Source: an uncultured Nitrososphaeraceae archaeon (GTDB lineage: Archaea > Thermoproteota > Nitrososphaeria > Nitrososphaerales > Nitrososphaeraceae). From it: a stretch of 64,000 bases of DNA. The stretch lies in assembly GCA_963765895.1 (NCBI GenBank), contig CAVXZB010000006.1:1-64000 (forward strand), given 5' to 3'. A program made the position numbers and the translations under genes. This document shows positions 12,800-25,472 of this stretch, in pieces. The number at the start of each line of letters is the position of its first letter. The stretch's first letter is position 1. A model generated the notes under the pieces. The model worked only from the letters and a program-made list of their open reading frames with translations, was not told the origin of the DNA and ran no database searches.

Positions 12800-14167
12800 T
12801 TATCTCCGGAGTGCCTCCAAAGGCGACAAACGTGAGGCTTTCCATGCAGGAAATAGACCGGCCATCAAGCTAAGGATTGTCGAAAGAATCCATACATTAA
12901 ATAGGTCAGTTGGAACAAACACCGGATCAATATGAGATGCAGCAGCACCTCCACTCCCGCCCTGTCCAGGCGAATTTGGGGCAAACCCGGAAGTTAATAC
13001 ATACGCTCCACCGATACCGCTCAGAATTCCGAAAGTAGAACCTATGAGACCGATAAATAGAGCTTCAGTAATGAACAAGGTAAGAATAAACCTACTTTTC
13101 GCACCAATAGCCTTCATTGTTCCAATTTCTTTAGTCCTTTCTGTGACAGAAGTATAAAGAGTGGTAATTATTCCAACAGCTCCAACTAATAATGCAATAA
13201 ATGCGATAGCAACAGTGAACGCGCTATTACCACTTTGAAATCGCTGCCTTGTTTGAAGTATGGCCTTTGGTGTGATAACGCCAATATTGTTACCGTAAAG
13301 ACCGGTGATTTCCTGCTGTACAGCAGATACGTAATCGCCTGACAAGGCAGCAACAACCATTTGATCATATCTTCCAGCTTTGTGGAAGAGAGAATTACCG
13401 GTAGGTTCATTAATTATAACTCGGTTATCTATCTGGTTATTTCCTGTAGGCTGAATTATACCACTTATCACAAAACTTTTAGATTGTTGTTCAGTCTTGC
13501 CAGTTTTCGAGTCGACATATGAAAAAGTTGCCCTGATTGTCTGACCGAGTGCGACAAATGGTGTTGACTTGCCAGGAGGATTAGCAATTGTGTCCCCTAC
13601 AAGCATTGCAGATGGATTATTGGATTGTATTGAGGAGCCAGTTACTAACTGCAATGAAGGATCAATTAGATATATTTTTTGAGGATCCATTGCTATGACT
13701 TGCGAGTTCAAGATATTTCCCTGTGAATTTAACTCAAGTTGTCCTTGGTATGATTGAACCACGTCTTGGACGAATGGAAGAGATTTTAATCTGTTCACTA
13801 CTTCAGAATTCAATACAATTGTTGGAGTACTTGAGGATCCGGCACGAAAACCATTTTGGCCTGAGCTTACGAAGATGACATTGGGTGCCAACGTGTTGAG
13901 CTGTCTATTTAGGAAGGTAGCCTGACCAGCACTCATTCCATTCAGTGCTACCATCAATGCACTTCCTACAATAACCATTAAAATTGTAAGAGCAGATCTA
14001 GCCTTCCTATCCTTAAGCGTATCAAATGACAAAAAGAATATTTGCTTGAAATTTTTACTAGTATGTTTTCTTGCATTTCTATAATTTGGTTTGAAGGAAC
14101 TGGCGTGACCCTGTTTTGTTACCTTTGCTGCTAATTCATTGGTTATATTACCATGTTTCTTTACCAA
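12800..14167 (-). CDS. ABC transporter permease, MacB/FtsX family
   Basis: RSALTILMVIVG, TSVTERTKEIGTMKAIGA, PAWKASRLSPLEALR. Confidence 0.93.
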   Translation of the reverse strand: MVKKHGNITNELAAKVTKQGHASSFKPNYRNARKHTSKNFKQIFFLSFDTLKDRKARSALTILMVIVGSALMVALNGMSAGQATFLNRQLNTLAPNVIFVSSGQNGFRAGSSSTPTIVLNSEVVNRLKSLPFVQDVVQSYQGQLELNSQGNILNSQVIAMDPQKIYLIDPSLQLVTGSSIQSNNPSAMLVGDTIANPPGKSTPFVALGQTIRATFSYVDSKTGKTEQQSKSFVISGIIQPTGNNQIDNRVIINEPTGNSLFHKAGRYDQMVVAALSGDYVSAVQQEITGLYGNNIGVITPKAILQTRQRFQSGNSAFTVAIAFIALLVGAVGIITTLYTSVTERTKEIGTMKAIGAKSRFILTLFITEALFIGLIGSTFGILSGIGGAYVLTSGFAPNSPGQGGSGGAAASHIDPVFVPTDLFNVWILSTILSLMAGLFPAWKASRLSPLEALRR

Positions 14168-14760
14168 GGCGCATACTCCTCACCTTTTGCAGATTTAATA
14201 TCAAAATTACTGTTAATAAATTTAGATTAACGATGTTAATCGAAGCTACCGATCAGTAACAGTATATAGTGTTTAGACTACCGGTATTACTGATGTTACC
14301 CATGCATATATACTTAAATCTTTATGAATATGTTCCTTATAATATAGCACAACATTATTGATTTATTTGGGGCCAAACTGCTATTCATTTATACCATATC
14401 ATTTAGATGCTTAATGACAACCATTTTTAGCATCTTTATTCGGGCTTTATGAGGATATTAAGACTATGTCTCTTCAGTATCTTGTATATAGATCGAGTAC
14501 TTAACTAGGCTCCATCTTTTCTTGGTCTAACTTGATCCTATTACATTCAGACCCTTTTGGTTAATTGTAAATCAGGTACAGTTTTCTGTATTTTCAATTG
14601 TAAGCTTCTCCAAGATGACCTTCTAGCATTAACAAATTTCAAGTCATTTAGAGAATCCAGAATGATGGTGAGATGACGTTTTAGAATGGAGGTACTTCAA
14701 CTTCAATATGTTTTATTTAATCAGATGTAGAAGAAGTTATGGAACTTTTGCTAATTAGTT

Positions 14761-15849
14761 TTAGTCTACTATGTCAGTGATCCCCTGCTTTGATAAGAGT
14801 TTTTCAAAATAGCTATCAAAGTTGTTATTACTAACTACATCATCGGAATATATTCCAAGTGTAATTACTCGTCCCCTTTTGTAATCAAGTTCATATGTAG
14901 CAATTATAGACTTAGTTGGAACTTGGCCTGGTGACGCAGATGCGGATAATACTGGAAAATAGGTTCTAGGGATCGACGCATTGTAATTAAACAGTACCAC
15001 ATCATGTGGATTGTCTAGATATTGTTCTTCATGTGGTTTGTACCCAAATGGATCATTTTGGAATGATTTTACACACTGGTAACATAGATAATTACTTCCT
15101 ACCCATTGTGAGGTTTCATTTTTCCATCTCTCGGCTACACTTTTCCATGCAGTTCTACCATTAAATGCCCAATAATGGCCCTTTACTAGACTAACAACAT
15201 CTTTCACAGAGTCATATTTTACTTCAGCATAAAATACATTTCCATCCAAGATGAGCATAGTTCCATCGTTTGCAACAAATCTTTTCAAGTTATCGTATTC
15301 TTTCTGTGTGACATATTCTTGATGTCCTAATATAATAAGGTCAAAGGCATTACTTCCATTCTTTGTAAACATAAAGCCATTATCTGCGGCAGCATCATAT
15401 ATTGTGATATTAGAATTAGGACTTACGTACTTGATATCCTTAACGAGCTTTAACATTGAAAACACGTGCGGTAATGACGAATACCATGATGCATTGACTG
15501 GTACGGATAATAGATTTAGATCTGTGGTAATATTTTTGCCAACCGGTGTGCTATTGTACAACTTATAGAATTTATAAAATCCATTTGCGTATGCAGCTGC
15601 TGTAAATGCAGGTTTTATTAATGCAATACGAGGGCCTTTTTCTGATGATACCACTTCTCGGTTCTGAATGGTGTCGTTAGCTCGGAGTGTTCGTAACGTT
15701 ATTTCTCTTCTAAAGATTCTGTTGAAAGGTTGAGCTGAGGAAGAGGATGAAGTGTTACTGGTCGTACTAACATTGTTGTCATGATTATTATAATTACCAC
15801 TATTGAAGGTTAACTTCATTACTGTGAGTAAAGATGAAGACAACGGCAT
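14761..15849 (-). CDS. N,N-dimethylformamidase beta-subunit-like domain protein
   Basis: IALIKPAFTAAAY and DLIILGHQEYVTQKEYDNLKRFV...DGNVFYAEV; low-complexity Ser/Asn N-terminus; true start may lie upstream. Confidence 0.65.
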   Translation of the reverse strand: MPLSSSLLTVMKLTFNSGNYNNHDNNVSTTSNTSSSSSAQPFNRIFRREITLRTLRANDTIQNREVVSSEKGPRIALIKPAFTAAAYANGFYKFYKLYNSTPVGKNITTDLNLLSVPVNASWYSSLPHVFSMLKLVKDIKYVSPNSNITIYDAAADNGFMFTKNGSNAFDLIILGHQEYVTQKEYDNLKRFVANDGTMLILDGNVFYAEVKYDSVKDVVSLVKGHYWAFNGRTAWKSVAERWKNETSQWVGSNYLCYQCVKSFQNDPFGYKPHEEQYLDNPHDVVLFNYNASIPRTYFPVLSASASPGQVPTKSIIATYELDYKRGRVITLGIYSDDVVSNNNFDSYFEKLLSKQGITDIVD

Positions 15850-17112
15850 AGAGTCATTTATTAATGAATGATTAAGACTAGTTTCCTTATCCGCTTTTCC
15901 AGTTAGCGAAGTAGAGTAGTGGGCATATCTGGTTTGAGTACCTGCTAATTCCTGCGGGGTCTCATTATTATTACGCTTAACAAATCTAGGAGCTATTTGA
16001 ATCTCCCATTATGATCATGGAAATAATAGTCACCAAGGGTAATGCTTTTGACTTGTTCATCTTCTAGCTATGTGTCACCTTTTTAGTCTCTATCTCTGAT
16101 TCACATAATAGATTAACGTGAGATATACTATAAATTATTGATTAACAATGTTATTCGATACTTGGATGATAAGGATCCGTCGTATCTCATATATGAATAG
16201 TCGATAGTGAGGAATATGAATATTTGCTATAGTATCTTCTTAAATTCGTTATCTGATTAGGCACAATCTGTAGATTCCTCTCAAGATTGTGTCTAATCCA
16301 GCTTTCACCTTAAATAGAGTCTACTCGAAAATGAGGATTTCACCCTTCCAGTTAAGCTTGGTGTCGCAGGAGTAACGATAATAGTAAGTGGGATAAATAC
16401 AATTGGGTTATTGTTTGTTACACAAGATTTGATTTTATTATTGAATATTCTTGTATAATGAGTGTGCTTGGTGAGTACTCTCAATACGTTATATGTAACG
16501 ATGCGTTACTAGATTTATAAAAGAATACGTATAATCGTATCCAGATTTGACTTCAGATTGAAAAATCCTCCTTTTTAAAGAAGAGACTGGTCCTAATGCT
16601 TTTGGCACATATGACACATTGAACGTATAAGTAGAGAATATTTCTAGAATTTTTTACTAATATCTATCATACGTGTCCAATATGTGACCTGAGACGCTGG
16701 GCCATGACATTGCTACCATTTGATAACATCATAAAATGCCAGGGGCTACAGTAATACAAGATAGGGCTGCTAAATCGCCGGCTGCGTGTTTTGTCTTCAT
16801 AGGCAAATAAACCAAGAGCTTTTTAATGTAATAAAGTTATATCAAAAGAGTGAGCGACAGTGAGTAGACAAAACTATTGCCTAAATAAATTTCTGTAGTA
16901 TATCCTTCTTAGAAATTGACTTTTAGTATTTTCAAGCACTCATACATTAACAATAAGATTGTTGTAGTCCAATGAGATGGGGCTGCGGCAATTAACAGGA
17001 CTTGTTTATCAAAGCACAAACTGCAATATGAGCATCAATTCTTCCAAATTCAAAATTAAGGCAAGTTCAGTAGTAAAATAATTCAAAACAGAAAAGTATC
17101 AGACTTGATTGA

Positions 17113-18991
17113 TTGAAATACGGACATTGTGGTGAATGGAGTATAAAGATCAAGAATGCTGACATTACAAAGGTTTTGCGCGAAATTAGCTTTATGCTGG
17201 AAATGGAAGAGGAAGAAAGTCCTAACGTAATCTTTAAAGTAAGATCTTATAAAGCCGCATCAGATGTAATTGCGAATTTATCATCAAATATTGAAGAGAT
17301 ATACAAAAACCATGGATTGAAGGGCTTAATGCAAATTCCATCCATAGGAAAAGCAATTGCTTCAAAAATTGAAGAATATTTGAAAACAGGTAAGATACAA
17401 TACTTGGAAGAATTAAAATCCAAAACCTCCATAAATGTTGATGAATTTTATGGTTTGGAAGGCATAGGTCCTAAGACAATTAAAATCATTTATGACAACT
17501 TATGTGTTAAGGATTTATCAGATTTAGAAAAAGCTGCATCAGAAGGAAAGCTCCGTAATATTCGAGGGTTTTCTGAAAGAAAGGAAGAAATTATTCTAAA
17601 GAAAATTCAACAATTTAGGAAAGGAAGAGGTCGATATCTTTTAGGTGAAGTTTATCCTCTGGTAAAACAAATCGAGACACAATTACTAAACTTTAAAGGA
17701 GTAAAATGCGTGGTTGTCGCAGGCTCTTTTAGAAGAATGAAAGAAACAATAGGCGATATTGACTTTGTAGTGGCTTCGAACGAGGCTAAAAAGATAATGG
17801 ATTATTTCATTTCACTGCCAGAAATAGGCGAAATCCTTGGCAAGGGGGCAAGCAAAAGTTTTGTACGGCTAAATAATGGAATGGATGCTGATCTTCTGGT
17901 TATTCCTGAAGAAAGCTTTGGCTCAGCTTTACAATATTTTACTGGCAGCAAAGAACATGGTGTAGCCATGCGAAAGGTAGCACTTGCAAAAGGCCTTCAT
18001 TTAAATGAATGGGGAATTTTTGACAAAAATCAGAATAAGGTCTCAGGCTCAACCGAAGAGGATGTCTATCACGCTTTAGATTTAGAATGGATTCCTCCAG
18101 AAATTAGAGAAAATACTGGAGAAATTGAGCTGGCAAAAAATGGTGGAAAAGGACTTCCGCATTTAATTCAATACAATGATCTGAGAGGTGATCTGCAAGT
18201 TCATAGTGACAGTACAGATGGTACAATGTCAATAGAAGATATGGCATTAGTAGCCAAGGAGAACTTTGGACTCGAATATATAGCAATAACAGATCATACG
18301 AAAAGTTTGAAATTAACAAACGGGCTTGATGAAACGCAATTACTAGATCAGGCAAACAAAATTGCAGAGCTAAACGATAGAATAAAACAGGGACAATATG
18401 ACACAAAACGACCTCCACTTCAACGTAAACTGGAACCACGACATATTCATGATGGAAAAGAAAAAAACAACAACAGTGACAGTGGGTAAGAATTTCAAAA
18501 TTTTGTCTGCAGCTGAAGTAAATATAATGAAAGATGGATCCCTTGATATCCCAAATAATGTATTGGATAAATTGGATATCGTAGGGGCAGCAATTCATTC
18601 TAATTTTTTACTTCCAATCGAAGTGCAAACAGATAGGCTGCTAAAAGCACTAGAGAATCCTAGTATTGATATTATATTTCATCCCACTGGTAGACGCATT
18701 AACAAAAGAGAAGGATATCCTGTTAATATTGAGAAATTATTAGATAAAGCAAAGGATACGAATACATTACTTGAGATTGATGCGCACTATGATCGTCTTG
18801 ATCTAAAAGATGAATATGTGAAAATGGCAGTACAAAAAGGGATCAATCTTGTAATTGATTCAGATGCACATCATCCAATTCATTTTGCCTTTTTAAAATT
18901 TGGTATAGGTCAAGCAAGGCGTGGCTGGGCCAAAAAATCTGATATACGAAATACGCTGCCGTTTAAAGAGCTACTATCTAGTCTGAAGTGA
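17113..18991 (+). pseudogene. polX: DNA polymerase/3'-5' exonuclease PolX (PolX-PHP fusion), frameshift near 18460
   Basis: HhH motifs (IPSIGKAIA, GIGPKT), AGSFRRMKETIGDID, YFTGSKEH; PHP motifs HSDSTDG, ITDH, then EVNI, HPTGR, DSDAH in the +1 frame. Confidence 0.92.
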
Positions 18992-19497
18992 TGAAAGGAC
19001 CACATCCCAATATATCTCCACTTTACTTCAAATACTCTTATTGAGATTTGATTTCTATTTTAGTTAATATCTAACTACCATTTATTTAATACCAATAAGC
19101 TCCAGTTGTCATTTGTATACATTATTAGAGGTTAGATCTTTTTAAGAGTACCATTTTGACTTGCTTAAATATACACAGCTTTATTGTTTTGTCATGAATT
19201 CGACAAGCCGTAAAGTGCCCGGCTATTCGAATGAGAAGTATGTGACAATGAATCCCGCAGCCATATACATTGTTAGACTAATGTTTTCAAACATAGCTAT
19301 ACTGCAATAGCATAATATATAAAGCTCATCCTTTTAAAATTAAATGTTTAGATAGCCATCAAAAAGCCTTATATCTGTTAACCCAGTGTAGATAAAAGTA
19401 CTTGTCTTTTCACGTTGATGCTAGCTTATTCACAAGATTGGAAAATCCATTTTATCACTAAAAATGTGATCTCTATTTTCCAAGATTTCCATATGGA

Positions 19498-19935
19498 CTA
19501 AAAAAATCGAAAATCCTCTTTTACGGTTACTAATACCATATGACTATTAGTTCTTTCGACAAATGGTAATGCCAGATCCCTCTTCACAAAATCGCTCAGC
19601 TCCCTACGGTTTCTAAACTTAGCTACTATTAACATATCTGTTAATCCAGTAATATCATAAACTGCACAAACATTTGGAAATTTTGATATATGTTTTTCTA
19701 CTTCGGTTATTTTACCCTTTACCGCAGTAACCTCAATTATTGCGGTTAGATCATAGCCCAATTTTTCGTGATCTAATATTGCTGAATATGATTTTATGAC
19801 ATGATTGGTTTCTAATTTTTGTATTCTATTAAGAACAGTTGGTGGCGACACACCAATCTGCTCTGCGATTTTTCTATATGACGATCTTCCATCAGATAAT
19901 ATTTGATGTAGTATTTTAATGTCTGTTTCATCCAT
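19498..19935 (-). CDS. Lrp/AsnC family transcriptional regulator
   Basis: MDETDIKIL...DGRSSYRKIAEQIGVSPPTVLNRIQKL, VYDITGLTD. Confidence 0.95.
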   Translation of the reverse strand: MDETDIKILHQILSDGRSSYRKIAEQIGVSPPTVLNRIQKLETNHVIKSYSAILDHEKLGYDLTAIIEVTAVKGKITEVEKHISKFPNVCAVYDITGLTDMLIVAKFRNRRELSDFVKRDLALPFVERTNSHMVLVTVKEDFRFF

Positions 19936-20451
19936 ATGGAGAAATTAAATATTATCTAGCAAATAAAGTTATTATGTCTGACTTACCAGTGAGGCTTGGA
20001 ACACTAACAAGCTTTATGTCTTGATAAGTATTTAATTTATTAGAATTAAAGGTGGTTATGTACGAATTACTATTGCTATACGTTAGAAATGAAATTTAAT
20101 TAAGATAATTTAACTACTTAAAATACTTGTTGTAATTATTATGTGCACTATATTTGTGGATATACTTGAACAATAAAACAAATAATATAAATGTAACACG
20201 AATTTAGATGCTATGTTGGACCTAAGATATGTGAATTGGTTATGAGTTACTATAGAGTTACTGGCACATAGTAATATAGAATTCTAATGCCTGTTCGTAT
20301 GCCTTACTTCCAACTTAAGTTATATGGTGATTGCAGCTATTTCATCATCATATTTCGTAATTAACTATGTATTTATTATTATTATTATTACTATAATTAT
20401 TATGTATATGGTTATATTACATTATATACATGATAAAAGGATTATGATATA

Positions 20452-21372
20452 TTGTTAAGAATACGGCGAGCCCAACAAAATGATAGAGATGAAGTTTTAA
20501 AATTTTGTGTTAATACATTTGATTGGGGTGATTATATATACCAGGTATGGGATAGTTGGTATTCTGATCCAAATGGGCAATTAGTAATAGCAGAGTACGA
20601 ATCTGAGGAATATACTAAACAACTTAACACTGGAAGAAAATCCTCTACAACAGTGGCAGTCTCTCATGTCTACCTATGTCAAATTGGAAATATGATATGG
20701 TTAGAAGGTATCAGAATAAGATCAGATTATAGACGCAGACATGTGGCAACAGAATTAATCAAAAAAATGTTAGAGTATGGTATAGAGCAGGGCGCTAAAG
20801 AGTCGGCTGCAATAGTGTCAGCAAATAATGTCCGGTCACAATTACTGATGCAAAGTAATGGTTTTGTTAAGGTATCGAAATGGAATTATTTTAGTGGACA
20901 TAAAACTCATAATCACCTAAGTACTAACGGTTCTAAAATTAGAATTGCAGGTTTAGAAGATAGTAATAGTATATTCAAATATCTCAAATCATCTGAAATC
21001 TTCAAGTTGTCCGGTGAAAGCTATGTCGATATGTGGAGGTGGTATCCTTTAGATCTTACAACCTTGCATCATCTCATCGCGAACAAAATTGTGCTTGTAG
21101 CAGAAAATGTAGATTCTACTATTATTGGCGTAGTGGTTGTTAACAAATATGATGGGGAACAATTTCAAATACTTTATTTGGATACCAATGCTAACCAGCT
21201 GTCTGTATTGAAGCATTTGGTTATATATGCCATAAATTTGGACTATCTAAAGATTAAAGAACACGAAAGATTACAAATATTTAGTCCACAAGTTCCTTTT
21301 GTTCATTCAGTTATGAAATATATAGGAATAAATCAATGTGAGGAATTTTTATTATATAAAAGAAAAATTTGA
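20452..21372 (+). CDS. GNAT family N-acetyltransferase
   Basis: WLEGIRIRSDYRRRHVATEL, NVRSQLLMQSNGF. Confidence 0.85.
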   Translation: MLRIRRAQQNDRDEVLKFCVNTFDWGDYIYQVWDSWYSDPNGQLVIAEYESEEYTKQLNTGRKSSTTVAVSHVYLCQIGNMIWLEGIRIRSDYRRRHVATELIKKMLEYGIEQGAKESAAIVSANNVRSQLLMQSNGFVKVSKWNYFSGHKTHNHLSTNGSKIRIAGLEDSNSIFKYLKSSEIFKLSGESYVDMWRWYPLDLTTLHHLIANKIVLVAENVDSTIIGVVVVNKYDGEQFQILYLDTNANQLSVLKHLVIYAINLDYLKIKEHERLQIFSPQVPFVHSVMKYIGINQCEEFLLYKRKI

Positions 21373-21628
21373 AGACATATTTGATATTTGATATTACTAT
21401 TCAATTCAGTCATCCACTTGGTATCAGTACAATTAATCGAGTATGTAAATTTACACTAATTGCAATTTGTGAATCAAAACTATAGATGGTATTGCCGACA
21501 ACAATCACTTTTTAGATTGAACTATAGCTTTAGCCAATTGAGGATAGTAGAATACACTCATTCCTTGACATTCGTACATTGACTCTCAATAATGGCTTTT
21601 AGCCAAAAAGAGTTCAATGAGCGAACAA

Positions 21629-22477
21629 TTATGTTAGTAACACCTCTCCATTCAGTATATCTATTTCCTTAATTAAGGTATCATAAATGTAATTATATGT
21701 TAATTGTACTGCTGATTTATCCTTTCCTTTAGCAACAATTTGAATTCTCAACTTTGGTCTACTATCTTTAGTAAACCCACGCGGATGTGTTTTCAGATAA
21801 ATTGAATCATCAGAAAATGATTGCACCAATTTTAGTAGAAGGGGTGCTATCATGGCCTCGTTAATACCCACAATTTCGTGATTTGTTTCAATAATATGAA
21901 AATCCCCGATCATCATTTTCATTTGTGGAAGAATGTTATCTAGAAAGATTGCTTCTAATTCATTCGGTACTCCAGGAAGACAGATGATCTTTGTATGTGT
22001 ACCTTGATCTGTGGAATTAATGTTATTATCAAATTTAGTAGTATCTATTAATATTGATGGGGCACTACCAACAGGATTTTGGATTGGAATTGATCCCCTG
22101 GGAATTCTTGCCATTTTTAGTCTGACCTCATTTAATTTGAGACTAGATGAATATCGTGTATAACTTCGCTTTAGCATTTCTATTGCATCATCATCTAATA
22201 CGAGATCAGTACCAAGGGCCTTGGCAACACCTTCTAGTGTTTTATCATCATACGTGGGACCGAGTCCTCCGGAAATGATTAACCAATTGGGTTTTCTCGC
22301 TAATATTTCCTTCACTATTGAAGCTATTTCATTAATGTCGTCTCTAACGACGGTCACTCTTTTTATCAATCCTCCAATATTTGTAATTCTTTTTGAAATC
22401 CACTGAGCATTGGTGTTTACAACTGTCCCTGAAAGCAATTCATTGCCTATACATAATATTTCAGATATATTGGTCAT
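21629..22477 (-). CDS. CinA-like molybdopterin-binding domain protein
   Basis: IGNELLSGTVVNTN, SGGLGPTYDDKT, NPVGSAP, LPGVPNE. Confidence 0.92.
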   Translation of the reverse strand: MTNISEILCIGNELLSGTVVNTNAQWISKRITNIGGLIKRVTVVRDDINEIASIVKEILARKPNWLIISGGLGPTYDDKTLEGVAKALGTDLVLDDDAIEMLKRSYTRYSSSLKLNEVRLKMARIPRGSIPIQNPVGSAPSILIDTTKFDNNINSTDQGTHTKIICLPGVPNELEAIFLDNILPQMKMMIGDFHIIETNHEIVGINEAMIAPLLLKLVQSFSDDSIYLKTHPRGFTKDSRPKLRIQIVAKGKDKSAVQLTYNYIYDTLIKEIDILNGEVLLT

Positions 22478-22877
22478 TACTAAAATTATATAGCAAATTT
22501 ACTTTATACTGGTTCCATCTCATCATTAAATAGGTGTACATTTACAAATATGCTCAATTTGTTATAGACGATTTATAAATCTCTTTTTTGTTATATTAGT
22601 TTATTCATGATTTACACATCTAAATCATGCAAGTTTATAAATTTTTAATTTATCTATAAAACTCCACAATAATACTAAATATTTCATCACCTTAACTTAT
22701 TTCGGGATTTGCCATTCAACAATCTACCATGTAAACAAGAAAATCATCCATTCCTATCAATTATTTTAGCTGTATATATCGCTATATGGTCGAGTTAACT
22801 TTGTTCAGCAATGTATTATATTAACGATATTTAGAAGATACATTATTATTCCTACACGTAGTAAAGAAAAAGTCGCT

Positions 22878-23600
22878 TTGCATTCTAACTTTTTATCCCC
22901 AAAAGTTAGTTTAGTTCTACTTTCCTTGCTGGTATTGTCTATTTCGCTAAGTCATATTATACAGTACACTATTCTACAACAACAGGCTCTTGCACAGACA
23001 AAGAAAAGAACAGACAATACAGATACAACCCCCAGAGATAGGACAGGTGAAAATAATTCTGAAAATTTCGCGACATACAAGAATTCTGCTTTTGGAATTA
23101 TTATACAATATCCATTTAATTGGGAAAAGATGGAAGAAGATGAAGATCAGGATTCTTCAGAGAGACAAGTTGTTAAATTCATCCCATCGATGAAAAATCA
23201 TTTTGCTAAATACCCAAGTTTTATAATATCACTTCATAACATGCACCACAATAATATTAAAGATTTTTTCAGACTTTTTGATAAACCAACTTCTGATTCA
23301 ATTTCGCTACATGGTTTTGTTCTTTCACGTCTAACCTCTCTATCTACCAAATTATCAGATTTTAAATTTATTAAACCAGAATCACATGAAATTACTCTGG
23401 CAGGGAATAGTTTTGCACAGAAAATTGTATATACATATAGAGAAGGACAGGAAGATGCCACCATGGCTAAAGCAATGGAAGTTCTAATGATAAAAGATGA
23501 CAGAGCGTACATCATTAGCTATCATGCCGACACATCAAATTATTTGCATTACCTTCCAACAGTACAAAAAATGATTGATTCGTTTGAATTAACAAAATAA
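22878..23600 (+). CDS. PsbP-like exported protein
   Basis: Signal peptide, FATYKNSAFGIIIQYPFNW, DRAYIISY, YLPTVQKMIDSF. Confidence 0.85.
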   Translation: MHSNFLSPKVSLVLLSLLVLSISLSHIIQYTILQQQALAQTKKRTDNTDTTPRDRTGENNSENFATYKNSAFGIIIQYPFNWEKMEEDEDQDSSERQVVKFIPSMKNHFAKYPSFIISLHNMHHNNIKDFFRLFDKPTSDSISLHGFVLSRLTSLSTKLSDFKFIKPESHEITLAGNSFAQKIVYTYREGQEDATMAKAMEVLMIKDDRAYIISYHADTSNYLHYLPTVQKMIDSFELTK

Positions 23601-24469
23601 GTTTGTCCTGACAGACTATATATTCCAATATAGACGTAATATCAATTGTACTATTCCCTACTCTTTACAGCTTCTCTGACATGTTGAACACTATACTCAT
23701 TCTAGAATAGTACCGGTTGGTATATATCAGTCTGTCTAAATGGAACTCCCTACTACTCATTCCCTTTTTTCGATATCTAGCCAAATCATAACCAAACATC
23801 ATATACTATTATTTTATTAAACTCATCTTTGAATATTATTTAGCAAATCTCGTATTCATGACGTTCGTAGAAGCAAGCTTGATCTAAAGAGTCAACCGAC
23901 CGCGTCTATTTTTATACTGGTGTTATATCGATCTGTAGGTCACAATCGACGGCCTTTCCAAATCTGTGCAGCAATATTTAGTCATTATTGTTATAGCAGA
24001 TTATGCCTTTGCTGTTATTGACATCGTAATTGCTTTTGCTTTTTCTGGTTTCTTTATTCGTATAAATGATCGTTGCGGCGACTGCTATAAAGTAGGGCAG
24101 CGTTATCACTATTAGTGCTTCAATGGGAACAGTTATGGACATAATGTGGCCACCAGATTCATTATTATCCTAACTTTCCTATTTCCTTTTTGGTATGGTG
24201 GGCACGATTATGGCAGTGACCAACAACATAAACCTAGTTTTCTACCTGCGTGAGGTTATAAACTGGTGCACTTATTATATTACAATGTAATCAAGATAAC
24301 TTCCCATACTCAAACTGTTCTAGTCCTATAACTTACGGTAATTTAGCTGTAGTACAGCTTACTGCGCAGTTTAGAGCAATAGATAATTTAGTACTTCAAG
24401 GATCTTCTGCCCCGTTTACATGGCAAGTAACAACTCAATCACCATATCCCTCATTTAATGGTATGTGTG

Positions 24470-24851
24470 TGTTAGTAGCGGAAGTAGTAATAAAGTGATT
24501 ACAGGTACAAATAGAGATATGCTCGGATAGAAGCATCATGTTCAGATATTATTATGGGTCGGGGCGGAAATGACAGGATAATGGATGCAACGGAAACGAT
24601 AATATAAACAGTGGTAATAGAAATAACAGTATAGCAGAAAGCTCAGGAAATGATCAGCTGCAGGGCAACGCAGGAAATAATGTGATTCAAGGAGATTCCG
24701 ACAACGACCAAAAAGTTATCTGGAGACGATGAAGAGGACATACTTGCCGAGGGTGCAGGAAGTGATCAGTTTAGTTGCGGTGCAGGTACAGACACGATTA
24801 CTGACTTTCAGCAGATTTTGCTATAAGACAACAGCTTGTGAAATGTTTTAG
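24470..24851 (+). pseudogene. Degraded RTX-repeat calcium-binding protein
   Basis: IMGRGGNDRI, GCNGNDNI, SSGNDQLQGNAGNNVIQGDSDND, GAGSDQFSCGAGTDTITDF across frames; start approximate. Confidence 0.75.
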
Positions 24852-25088
24852 TATAAATTAGTAGTAACTATTATTGTTACTACTCATGTCATTTTATCCT
24901 ATAACTTATAAATAGTCTTGGCCATCAATTAACGCCCTTTTTTCTGGACGGATTGCATTATCACACTTTTTAGTCTTGCCAATACAATGCGACACCGGGG
25001 GGCATCCCACTATAATTGACACATGTCGTAAAATCTTTTCTGCTCAATGTCTATGTACATCAGTGTCAATCTATACTGGTATTACCTA

Positions 25089-25331
25089 CCTAGAATCAAA
25101 TTCTGAATCTACTCATGATTTTTCATTATAATCAATAGTACGTGAATCATTTAACATAATTGGAAGGCTTGTTAATTCAATATTATAAGTCTTGCAGTAT
25201 GGACAGATGTTGTCAATTGGTATCCTTGTCTTATCAAAGTACGTTGCACACCAGTAGCATTTATCACATACTATGAATAATGGCTGTGATAAAGAGCAAT
25301 TATGCCTAATATCTGTTAATTTTAGAATCAT
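25089..25331 (-). pseudogene. Small Zn-ribbon protein, probable premature TGA at 25113-25115
   Basis: CDKCYWC...CPYC; reading resumes in frame (VDSEFDSR) after the TGA. Confidence 0.55.
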
Positions 25332-25472
25332 AGTTAACTACGAATATACCTCCGCTTGACATTAAGTGTTAAAATAGGTTATAATGATGATATATAAAAC
25401 AATCCATAAGGCCAACATGATTCAATGTACTTGTACATACTACTATATTTACTAGTTGAGTAACGACTAGCT

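Noticed and set aside
23950-24260. Hydrophobic fragments suggesting a degraded transporter
   Set aside because: No family-diagnostic motif; frames are short and interrupted.
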